From Eledone cirrhosa (Eukaryota), in the NCBI GenBank assembly GCA_964016885.1, contig OZ024758.1, positions 14,198,001-14,262,000 on the forward strand: a stretch of DNA of 64,000 nucleotides, in the 5' to 3' direction. Position numbers and translations under genes: made by a program. Below the pieces are notes generated by a model that searched no databases, was not told the origin of the DNA, and saw nothing but the letters and a program-made list of their open reading frames with translations. Below are positions 24,236-35,326 of the stretch, one piece after another (position 1 is the stretch's first letter; each line of letters begins with the position of its first letter).

Positions 24236-24575
24236 TCATCATCATCATCGTCATTTTACGTCCGCTTTTCCCTGCTTGCAAGGGTGGGACGGGAACTGAT
24301 TCTGGCTTGATTTCTACAGCTGGATGCCCTTCCTAACACCAACCTCATTTACAGTGAGTGCTGGGTGCTTTCTTGCCATGGTACTTCCACAACCACTTTG
24401 CAGTGGAATGATAGGGACCCCAATCCCTATCATCACATTTCTACAGCTGAGTAAACTGGAGCAATGTGAAATAAAGTGTCTTGCTCAAGGAAACAACACA
24501 GCACCCGGTCTGAGAATTGAACTCACAACCTTTTGATTGCAAGGCCAATGCTCTAACCACTAAGCCATATGCCTC
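24236..24575 (-). mobile_element. tRNA-derived SINE, family B (RTE-type 3' tail)
   Basis: Reverse complement of ggc.catggcttagtggttagagcattg...ccttgagcaagacactttatttcacattgctccag...gggaaaagcggacgtaaaatga. Confidence 0.85.
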
Positions 24576-24837
24576 CAATATATTAAAGGAACAAAGAGGT
24601 ACCAGGCCAGCTTTATGACTGACAGATCAATATGCTATATACTTTCTACTATATCATTTACAAATATTTATCTTTGATGAGTTGTAGTGCACCTGAGCAC
24701 TGTACACAATAATTTCATTATTATTATTATTAATAATGAGAAAATGAATTATATTATTAAATCCACTTGAATTCCTGATTACTTTCAAAATGTTTTGAAA
24801 GTCAGTGGCTTTCATTAGAAATATGGTAATGAAAGGG

Positions 24838-25023
24838 TTAACCCTTTAGCATTTACATTACATATACTATTATATTTTCACAGTAAAGGTTTTACCTCAC
24901 ATAATTATCTCATAATATCGAATCTATGAGATTTTGTAGGTATGAGCAGCCAGTTACAACCAGTTTAAACAGAAAAAGGTGAGAGAATTCTGACTGGATA
25001 TGGTTTAAATGCTAAAGGGTTAA
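24838..25023 (-). mobile_element. piggyBac-type MITE, reverse orientation
   Basis: Same TIRs and TTAA, internal sequence reverse-complemented. Other reverse copies at 29648-29841, 36028-36240 and 49346-49542. Confidence 0.9.
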
Positions 25024-25859
25024 ACAACAGAATATTTAACAGGACAAATATGATTTTAAATGTTTGAAATTTGAATGAAGACCTGCCTTCAGACTGTAAA
25101 TCCTCAACAATTTATTTTTAACCCTTTAGCATTTAAAACGTCTGTATCTGGCCAGAATTATCTCACTCTTTCTGTTCAAACTGGTCACTCATACTGATGT
25201 TACAGTATTGTTCGCAAAATAAATAACATCAAAATCTCGTAGATTCGATATTGTGTGAGATAATTATGTAAAATAAAGCCTTTACTGTAAAAATATAATA
25301 ATATAGAGTAATGTAAATGTTAAAGGGTTAAATTCCCTATTTAACCCACATAAAGCATGGAAATTAGACATAAAACAGTGATGATGATGAAACCCAGACA
25401 TATCCAAATAGAATCTAGATGCCTTCACAGAAGCAGAAAGGCAACAGATAAAAATGTTTGGTGAGATTTTAATGTCTTGTCTGTGGTAATGAAGCTTAGA
25501 GATTGGAGGGAATTCCAGACTAGTGCAATACAGTCCTGCAGAGAAGAATTACACATGTTCTTTTGTGTCAATTATTTAGCAGTCTGTGTAGGTGATGTTC
25601 ATGTTGGAAACCCGAGTGCCTTGAAATATTGTGATGGTGCCAATGTGTTCTGAAATATGTGGAGGCCATTATAGGAAAAGGAAGGAGAAAACAAAAAGGA
25701 AGAAAATAAAGAAAACGAAGAGGAAGAAAAATAAGATTAGTTTTAGAACTTTTATAAGATACTTGTATACTGTGAGCCACAGATTTGACCTGAAATCACA
25801 AACTGAAATGAAATATTGATTTGTATTTAGTAGTGATAAATGCTAATTAATGTGTGTGC

Positions 25860-25908
<49 letters not shown>

Positions 25909-26094
25909 CATACAGGCAAAGAGAGAGAGAGAGAATCTGTCTGTGTTGTTGAGACCACTAATCGTGGGAGTACTCGAGGCATGGGGAGATGTAGAGTGGA
26001 TACAGAGGTAGGTAAAATCCCAATCGTGACGCCAAACCAAAACTGGCTGGTGCTGGGGTCGGGATTTTACATATCTCTCTCTCTCTCATATATA

Positions 26095-26786
26095 TACTAG
26101 CTAAACTACCCGTCCCTTGGATGGTTCAAGTAGCTTTCGATGTAGCTCATTAAACTAAAAGTAAATTTGAATACATAAAAGAAAAACGTACTTTATGTAA
26201 ACATGAAAACTTTAGGCCCTATTCCAGCGAAATAATTAATATGTGAGCTCGGAGTCTTTTTTGACAACAGTAAAAGCGCATCATGAAATAGAGAAGTGAA
26301 GCGAATAATAGACACTATTATGTACAAAGCATAATATTGTAAAAGTTATGACATCACTTAATATATGAACATCAAGCTTGAAACGATAAATTATACAATG
26401 TCAAATCTATAACTTAATTTAGTAATCTGTTAGAAATTGCTGGTTGTGAAATATACAAAATGATATTGTTAGTCTCAAGGAAGTGTACCTTTTGTTTCAA
26501 GTACAAAGAGTAAATTAAAATCCGAATGAGCCGAATTACGAAAGATAACTCTTGTCTTACTTAATCACGAAAATTCACACAAATAACCGAAACTTTTTTA
26601 ATGTCTCCAAAGGCCCCAATATCGATTTTTTAAAGCCTTTGTAGATCATGTGCAGGTTTTGTGCAAGGAGAAGCCCTGTAAAAAATTTCAAAGAAATCGC
26701 AAGAATGGTTTAGAATATATGAGCCCTCATTAAAAATTGTCCACACACACACATACAGAAAACTTCGTCTTTATATATATACAGAT
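26095..26786 (+). mobile_element. Probable non-autonomous Helentron/DINE-1-like element
   Basis: Starts with tactagctaaactacccgtcccttggatgg (short subterminal inverted repeat) and ends with a cacacacatacaga microsatellite plus ttcgtctttatatatatacagat, the usual layout of these elements. Confidence 0.5.
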
Positions 26787-27054
26787 ACACATACAAATAT
26801 ATAAACAAAGAGTCATATGGTTTGTTGATTATTCAACAAAGTTAATTTTACAACAGATTAGAAGCACTCTACAGTAATTTATCTGGAGTATCATTAATAT
26901 TAAGAATATTCATAAATAGAAAATATCTTTATAAAACCATATTTATTTTATTATACGTACTAGCAGAAAAACCACTCTTCTAGTGGTCTTTCTGCTAACA
27001 TGTGTAGTGTGTATAATTGATATTATATGCAAATATATATACATATAGATATGA

Positions 27055-27400
27055 TGCACATGGCTTAGTGGTTAGAGCATTGGCCTTACAATCGAAAGGT
27101 TGTGAGTTCAATTCTCAGACCGGGCGATGTGTTGTTTCCTTGAGCAAGACACTTTATTTCACATTGCTCCAGTTTAGTCAGCTGTAGAAATGAGATGATA
27201 GGGAATGGGGTCTCTATTATTCCACTGTAAAGTGGACGTGTAGGTGCCACAGCAAAAAAAAGCACCCAGCACTCACTGTAAATGAGGTTGGTGTTAGGAA
27301 GGGCATCCAGCTGTAGAAATCAAGCCAGAATCAGTTCCCGTCCCACCCTTGCAAGCAGGGAAAAAGCGGACGTAAAATGAAATGATGATGGAATGATGAT
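27055..27400 (+). mobile_element. tRNA-derived SINE, family B
   Basis: A box tggcttagtgg, B-box-like gagttcaattc; highly similar to the copies at 24236-24575 and 34575-34921. Confidence 0.85.
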
Positions 27401-27647
27401 GCATCAAATGACAATATACACAGAAATTGAACAAAGTCTGCATTACACTCTCTTCTGTAATCCATGATACATTAAAAAAGACGATATTATATATAAACTG
27501 CATTAGGAAAAAAATTAGTGACGGAAATATATGCGATGCAATGGAACTGAAATCCATTAATATGATATTTGTAACATAACACAAAAGGTTTTTATATCAA
27601 ACTAGCAGAATAGCCCATCGTTGCCGGGGAAATTTTCACTATATAAA

Positions 27648-28255
27648 AGGGCAGTGGATTAGCAGTATCGATAGATAGAGCGTCGGGGTACACGCTTTAC
27701 AGCATAGAGTTACGGCCCTTTACGGTCTGAGTTCAAATCCCGCTGAGGCTAGCTTTGCCTTTCATCCATACGGAGTTGATAAAATAAAGCACCAGTAAAT
27801 ACTGGAGTCAATTTAATCGACTTTCCCCCCACCTTCAAATTGCTGGCCTAGTGCCTAAAGTAGAAATGATTACTATTATTGTTTCTGGTCGGTAAAATAA
27901 AGTACCAGTAATGCACTGGGTTGATTTAATCGACCTTTCCACTTCCCTTCAAATTGCTGGCCCTGTGCCTATAATAGAAATCATTATTACTGGTTGATAA
28001 AATAAAGTACCAGTTACGCACTGGGGTAGATTTAACCGACTTTTCCCCTTCCCAAAATTGCTGGCCTTGTGTCTAAATCAGAAAGGGTCGGACGCCATGC
28101 TTTCCAGCATAGTTACGTCCCTTTACGATCTGAGTTCAAATCCCACCGAGGTTGACTTTGCCTTTCATCCTTACGGGGTCGATAAAATAAAGTACCAGTA
28201 ATGCACTGGGTAATTGCTGGCCTTGTGCCTAAAGTAGAAACAATTATTATTATTA
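27648..28255 (+). mobile_element. Tandem cluster of family A SINE copies (one full copy, two 3' fragments, one 5'-truncated copy)
   Basis: aaaataaag(t/c)accagt occurs four times in the same orientation. Confidence 0.85.
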
Positions 28256-30548
28256 CATGTTAAAGTGAATGCTATTAGTATTAATGCCACTAAGAGTTAA
28301 CAAATGAAAACTGTATTTTCCCCCATTTTATAACTGACTGGTAACAAGAAATCTTTATATATGAAACACCTGTTCAACCACTTTATAGAAATGTCCCAGA
28401 CTGCAGAACTACTTAAATCCTGCAAGTACAGTAGTAAAAAGCTATTTAAATAAACTGTCAAAGGAATTAAGTTTACGATCAGTTAATTATTATATATTTT
28501 TTTATAGCCAAAGTGTAAAATGTCACATGGATCAAATCTGGAAACAAAATTAATCAATCATTTAATTATTCTTTTAGTCAAAACCACAGATTAAAATGTC
28601 ACCGGTATCATATTCACAAAGTGAATGTTTCATGTTGCTTTAGTTAAACAGCAAGCATGCCATTACCATCTACAATTTAGTATTGATTTTTTTTCTTCTC
28701 TTTATTGAACTAAACAATAACACACATACATATGTTGAAAGCAGCAGATTTCTCAATGAGTAAGCTGCTCAAAGTCTGAAGGAGAAAAGGTTTAAACAGA
28801 TACTATAAACATGTAGTTTCAGGCATGACTGAGTGGTTAAGAAGTTCACTACATTGACACCTTGGGCAAGTGTTGTCCTACTATAGCCTCAGACTGAGCA
28901 ATACTTTGGTTGACAGAAACTATATGAAATCTGTCATACATGCTTGTGTGTATGTGTTGATATATCTTTGCTTTGCATCTAACTAGCATTGGAGGTGATG
29001 TTTATGTTCCACAAACAGAAAGCCTGTAGCTTAAGTGTCAGACATGCAAAGATCTATACCTTGAATTTTTTTTAATGTGAAGGTTGGCATCAGGAAAGGT
29101 AACCCGTCATAGAATTATGTCTGAAAAAGTTTCACCCAACCTATGGTAGCATGGAAAAACAGACAAAAATTATGATAATGGATGCAATTTTTTTCTTCGA
29201 AGTTTTTGTTTTTAAGGCCAATATAAGATGCTTTTACAACTCAATAATTAAAATAATTGTTTATGATAACTTAGTTGATGGAGTGTTTCAGGACTCTCCT
29301 TCCACAACCCTCTCAGGAATAAGTGGGAGAAGAACTTGGTTGAATGAACTCACATTTTAAGAGCACAAAACCAAATACTTTGCAATATTTGTTCCAGCTT
29401 ATTGTACTTCGAGTTCAAATCTCACTGAAGTCAACTTTACTTCTATCCTTTTGAAGGTCAATAAAATAAAATAAAAGTTCAGGGTGGAGCATTGAATTAG
29501 TGGAATCATTAGAGAATGGTACTTGTTCTGGCTCTGTGCATTTTGAGTTCCAATCCTGCTGTACACTAGCAGAATTAATCTGCCACTTGCTTTAACACCA
29601 ATACATGTCCCTTGGGTGCCTTTAGCAGTCTTCACTACTGCAAGCATTTAACCCTTTAGCATTTTCTAATGTATTTTCACAATAAACACTTTATTTCACA
29701 TAATATTGAATCTGAGATTTTTATATTATTTTGAGAACAATACCTTAACATAAGTATGAACAGCCGCTTATGGCCAGTTTGAACAGAAAGAGGTGAGAGA
29801 ATTCTGACCAGATACAGTTGGTTTCAATGCTAAAGGGTTAAGCTATGCATCCAATTTGAGGATATTTTCCTCCTTCCTTCCAAATACTTTTAAAGACCCT
29901 GAAAAGGGTCATAGGCCTATTGCTTATTGCTCCCTAACTAAACAACTGCTATCAACTTCTAGCAATAAAAGAAATATGGATTCTTTGTTGGTTTTGATAA
30001 CCATCCAGTTGTTCAATCAATCCACTGTACCCAACACGTGAATTAATGTGTAACTGGTTGAGTATTCCTCAGACCTTAACATAATTCCCAAGCCAAATCA
30101 AGCTGGACTTTTGAATTACAAGAACAATCCAGCCAGCGGGCTTCAATACAAATTCCATCTACCCAATTTCCCTCACAAGGCTCATGTCAACCTGAACCTA
30201 TGGTAAAGACATTTGCCCAAGATGCCATACAGTGGAATTGAACCTGGGACTTTATAATCATAAAGCAAACTTAACCAATCAGCCATACTTATGTCCACTG
30301 AAATATAGCCATATACAGTGGATACTTTTTACACAAAGATGCGTTTGTGAATACGCGCAATTCAAGTCTAATATTTCTGATAAATAAAAAAAGATTAAAA
30401 ACCACACATGTTATTCATGTAAAGTTAACATTTGATAATATTTTTTTCAAGATGCGTTAAAGTGAATTCACGTACTTCAAGTTTGCATAAAAAGCGAACA
30501 GACTGTATGTGGCAACTGAGTTAAGAAAATGTTAAAAAAAATACTTAC

Positions 30549-30715
30549 TTTAGTTAACATTAAAGCATGAATATCAGACTGCTCCCCTTGAAAACCGAGA
30601 GCTACTCCAGAATCTCCAACATGTCCGATGTATAATTTGCTGTGCTTTATAATTGCAATACTGGCTGTAGTTCCAGATGTGCTGGGGAATCCACTAAGAG
30701 TTTTAGGCCAATTAT
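30549..30715 (-). CDS. PPM1D: PPM1D/Wip1 coding exon 2 (167 nt)
   Basis: Acceptor ttcag|AT completes the GAT codon begun in exon 1. Encodes DNWPKTLSGFPSTSGTTASIAIIKHSKLYIGHVGDSGVALG...LMLTK, including the Wip1-like WPKTxxGxPSTSGTT and HVGDS. Donor AAA|GTAAGT. Confidence 0.95.
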
Positions 30716-32830
30716 CTGAAACAATAGACAATACAGATCAATTACAATCTATTATAAAAAACAACATACATTAAAGAATACGCTAATTTCAGCAACCATT
30801 ATTCAGGGTTATTTACATCTATGTAATTCGATCTATAGTAAGCCAAAACCTGACTTCACTACAAAAATATCACACGGAAAAGGGAAATAAAATCAATATT
30901 ACTTGATCACTTATTGTTTTAAATGTTTGGTAGTATAATCAGGAAATTGAAGCGTTCAAAGGCTCAAGCCTAAGGCTGAACAAAATAGACTATAGTTATT
31001 AAGCAGAAATTACACTGTCGATGATATTCATAGAGTAGTATTTATTTTTATACAAAATTTATATATAGATTTTATGATATAATCAATTTTATCAATCAAT
31101 CTAAATTTAGCTGGAAATCTTAGACATGAATGCTAGAGAAGTGAAAATTGAATGAACACTTCTCCCCATAAATCTGCAATATAATTTAAGTGTAAATGAT
31201 AGAGAAGGAGACAGCTGTATATCAGAGAAATTGGAGCATAATAGTTTTTGTAAGATAAAAGTACACATTATATTTGTAAAAAGAAGTGATAAGAGAAAGA
31301 AAGAAAAAACTATAAGACAGCTAAATCAAACAATAGAATGTAAGACCTCAGAGAGGAAGGTACACAATATAAAAGGGCAGATATATATTATTGTACGGAC
31401 CCAGTGGATAGTGCACTGAGTTCTTGAGTAAACCCCTTCATTTCATATTGCTTCAGTTCACTAAACTGAAATACTACACAAGTGCCTTAAGTCATGAAAC
31501 CAGAATAAACTCTTAGCCTTTATTCGACTCATGCAAGCATGGAAAAATGGATGCAAAAACAATGACTACCTATGTCTCTCTCGTGAAAAGTGGATGTTAA
31601 GCCAGTGATAATAATTGTTTCTACTTTAGGCAGAAAGCCACCAATTTGAGCAGTGCATTACTGGTACTTTATTTTATAGATCCCATCAGGATGAAAGGCA
31701 AAGCTAACCTAGACGGAATTTGAACTCAATAAACATCATTTTGAAAACCATTAATACAGTCATTTTTTAGTAACAATTACCTAAAAACAAAACTGAATAT
31801 AGATGTAATAAACATACAGACCCCCACTTCAGTATATATGTTGTATAGATATACCAACTAGAGAGGAGAATGTTACATCCCATACTGCAGGAAGATCATT
31901 TCACAAATAACATTACAGTACAATATAAATTTGTGCAAATACTTAAACCCCTTCCTTTCCCCATTCTTTACACAAGTCAAAGAGGGAACCTCTATGTGGT
32001 CACTCGAGCTGTTAAAAAAAAGCAGCTAACTTATGTCATATTACACTGCAATCAATGCAAGCAGACCTTTCCAAACTTTCCACATTGACATTATAAAAAC
32101 CACATTTTTCATCAAACAAAGTTATACTAGCAAGGAAATTAATAAATAACCCATTAAATATTATATCATGTGTAACAAGTCATATATGTCATTTTACACA
32201 CAGTTGTCAGATCTCAGATATATTTCACAATCAATCAAATATTTCTAAAGATTTATCAAATTTGACTTAATTTTACAACACACTAAAGTATCAAGATACA
32301 GTTTGGAAACCTCTTTACTCTAACATATTGAAAACGACCCGACTTAAATTTAAACAATGTTCTTTGTTCACTGAAGCCTGACTGACTTATACTTTCAAAA
32401 GATTTTCAGAATGTCATGACAAAAGCATTAGAGTTGTTCATTCATTGACAGTTTTATTAACAAGAAACATCAAGAAAAATACAAATATAAAAAGAATATA
32501 TAAACATTCTTAAGATAGTCATGTTAACTTTTTTATATACAAATTGTGGTACATAGTCATCCAAAAATTATTTACCTCTTTTTATATCTGCAGGCAAGAT
32601 CTTAATCTAGATTTTATTTTTATCTACCTTTAATCCATACTTAATCTCCCTTCAATCTACATTTAGTGAGTGATTTGATTAGTCTATTTTCGTTAATTGT
32701 ATATGACTCTCACTTTAAGCTTAGGTCTGATCTCATAGCATATTATGAATAAGAGATAAATCTCCACATGGATATTGTAGTATCCTGAGTGTATCATTTA
32801 TTTCCTGTGTATTTTATCCATTTCTGACAA

Positions 32831-33223
32831 TTAACCTATTTGATACCAAACTGCCCGAAACTACCCAATGTCTTTTTATACAAATCAGTTTATTTTAAAG
32901 TGTTTATATTTATCTAAAACCTTCCGTCATAATTCTATGAAGAACCTTTGTTAAGTGAAGTCTCTATCATCAGCTCTCTACTTTCCTATACGGCTAGATC
33001 TGCCTTTCTTTACCCGTTCTCATTTTTTCATTACTTAATTTTGTTTTTATCTTTTTTTTAAAAATATTTCCATCATAATTTCTATTTGAAAAATACAGTT
33101 GACATAATAAAACCATAGCTAAACATAAGAAAGCATGATATATATATCTTGCCAAATTTTTATTATTATTTGGAAATCATAGGCAATGTATTTCATTAAG
33201 AAATATGGTAATGAAATGGTTAA
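32831..33223. mobile_element. Second, older TTAA-flanked (piggyBac-like) MITE family
   Basis: ttaacctatttgatacc...ggtaatgaaatggttaa; related fragmented copies at 19216-19650 and about 23760-24841. Confidence 0.55.
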
Positions 33224-34080
33224 GTAAATTGAAGTATTCTGCCTTAAAATATGGAAATATTTGCAGTGAAATTGAACCCACAATCATTCTTTGTTATTAG
33301 CATTTAAACTGTCTGTATCCAGCCAGAATTCTCTCACCTCTTTCTGTTCAAACCGGCTGTAACCAGCCACTAAGGTATTGTTCTCAAAATAAATAATATC
33401 ACAAAATCTCATAGATTCGATATTATGTGAGATAAATATAAAAATATAATAGTATATATAGAGTAATGAAAATGCTAAAGGGTTAAGTCAATACAATGAA
33501 ACATATCTAAACTGCCACATATATTTATATATAAGTCATACCCGTTTTGTGGTTATATTTTGACTACAGTTTTTGGCATCATACAAGTTACTTTTCTTAA
33601 ATACTGTTTGCAACTTATCCCAGTGCATTACTGGTACTTTATTTTATCGACCCTATAAGGATGAAAGGCAAAGTTAACCTCGGCGGGATTTCAACTCAGA
33701 CCGAGGTTAACTTTGCCTTTCATCCTTAATGGCTCCAAACTTAGGCCCAAGGCCAGCAATTTGTAGGAAGGGTAAGGCGATTAAATCAACGCTAATATTT
33801 GATTGGTCCTTAATTTTATCAACCCTGGAAGGATAAAAGGCCAAGTGGGCTTTGAACTCAGAATGTAAAGAGTCAAAACAAATACTGAAAGCATTTTGTC
33901 TGACACTAACAATTCAGTCAACCCACCGCCTTGTGTTTAAATAATAATAATGAAAAACAATAATAAACAACATTTAGTTGAAATAATCCATTTAAGCGGT
34001 GTTTTTAATTCACCACTCCTGAATAACTAATAATATATGCAACATCTAATGGCCATAGCCATTAAGGATTACCACCGACC

Positions 34081-34223
<143 letters not shown>

Positions 34224-34306
34224 TGTGTGGTGTGTGTGTGATATATATGCAGCATCTAATGGCCATTAAGGATTACCACCGTCCAATAGAGGACTGTACA
34301 TTTGTA

Positions 34307-34351
<45 letters not shown>

Positions 34352-34574
34352 ATATATGCAGCATCTAATGGCCATTAAGGATTACCACCAACCAATAGAA
34401 GGTTGTATAGTTGTGTATGTATGTACATAAATATATATAATATATTCATGGATCCATGTATCGTCATAGGTGTGTTTATTCTGTACAAGAATCAAATTAA
34501 GCTTAAGCAGTTGTTTTTATTTTTGTCTGATATCATTAAGGCGTATTTGTTTACAATGCTAATATATATGTATA

Positions 34575-34921
34575 GGCACATGGCTTAGTGGTTAGAGCAT
34601 TGGGCTTGCAATCGAAAGGTTGTAAGTTCAATTCTCAGACCGGGTGCTGTGTTGTTTCCTTGAGCAAGACACTTTATTTCACATTGCTCCAGTTTGCTCA
34701 GCTGTAGAAATGAGATGATAGGGACTGGGGTCCATATCATTCCACTGTAAAGTGGTCGTGGAGGTGCCACGGCAAAAAAGCACCCAGCACTCACTGTAAA
34801 TGAGGTTGGTGTTAGGAAGGGCATCCAGCTGTAGAAATCAAGCCAGAATCAGTTCCCATTCCACCCTTGCAAGCAGGGGAAAAGCGGACATAAAATGAAA
34901 TGAATGAAATGAATGAATGAA
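34575..34921 (+). mobile_element. tRNA-derived SINE, family B
   Basis: As above, with a (TGAA)n tail. Diverged relatives lie at about 44340, 45585, 46875, 54880 (minus) and 57980. Confidence 0.85.
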
Positions 34922-34989
34922 GATACACACGTGTTTGTGTGCGTGTGTGTGTAGACAGATAGATAGATAAATGTGTTCATTATCTGAAG

Positions 34990-35326
34990 ATAAATCAGAA
35001 TGGATGCAGTAAAAACCTATTACACCATTACTCACCAGAGTACTTGATACTCGGGGTAGTAGAGTATGGTAATATGAAAGAATCGAGACCCCCGATGGCT
35101 GAGCTCCTGCCATTTCAGCAGTTAGTTCCAAACTGAATCACCAGTGTTCTGGCGGCAAAAATAGCTGACGTTATGGGGTGGCAGCAATGTCCAAATATGT
35201 TCATACACTTTATACAGAAAAGTCTTTAAGAAAGTATCTAGTTATTATTGCCTGTGGTTCAGTTCGGAACTAGCTGTTGAAACGGCAAGAACTCAGCCAC
35301 CAGGGTTCTGAATCCTTCATATTATC
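34990..35326. mobile_element. Repeat with ~75-bp internal inverted arms (35065-35140 and 35254-35326)
   Basis: gatggctgagctcctgccatttcagcagttagttccaaactgaa is inverted relative to ttcagttcggaactagctgttgaaacggcaagaactcagccacc. Partial relatives at 12020-12130 and 59959-60020. Confidence 0.7.

Noticed and set aside
24324-24536. Near-identical short ORFs MPFLTPTSFTVSAGCF... at 24324 (+) and 34585 (-)
   Set aside because: Antisense translations of SINE family B copies, not a gene family.
27055-27130. tRNA-like sequences (also 34575, 24500-24575 and SINE A heads)
   Set aside because: These are SINE heads that run straight into SINE bodies and lack a complete cloverleaf.
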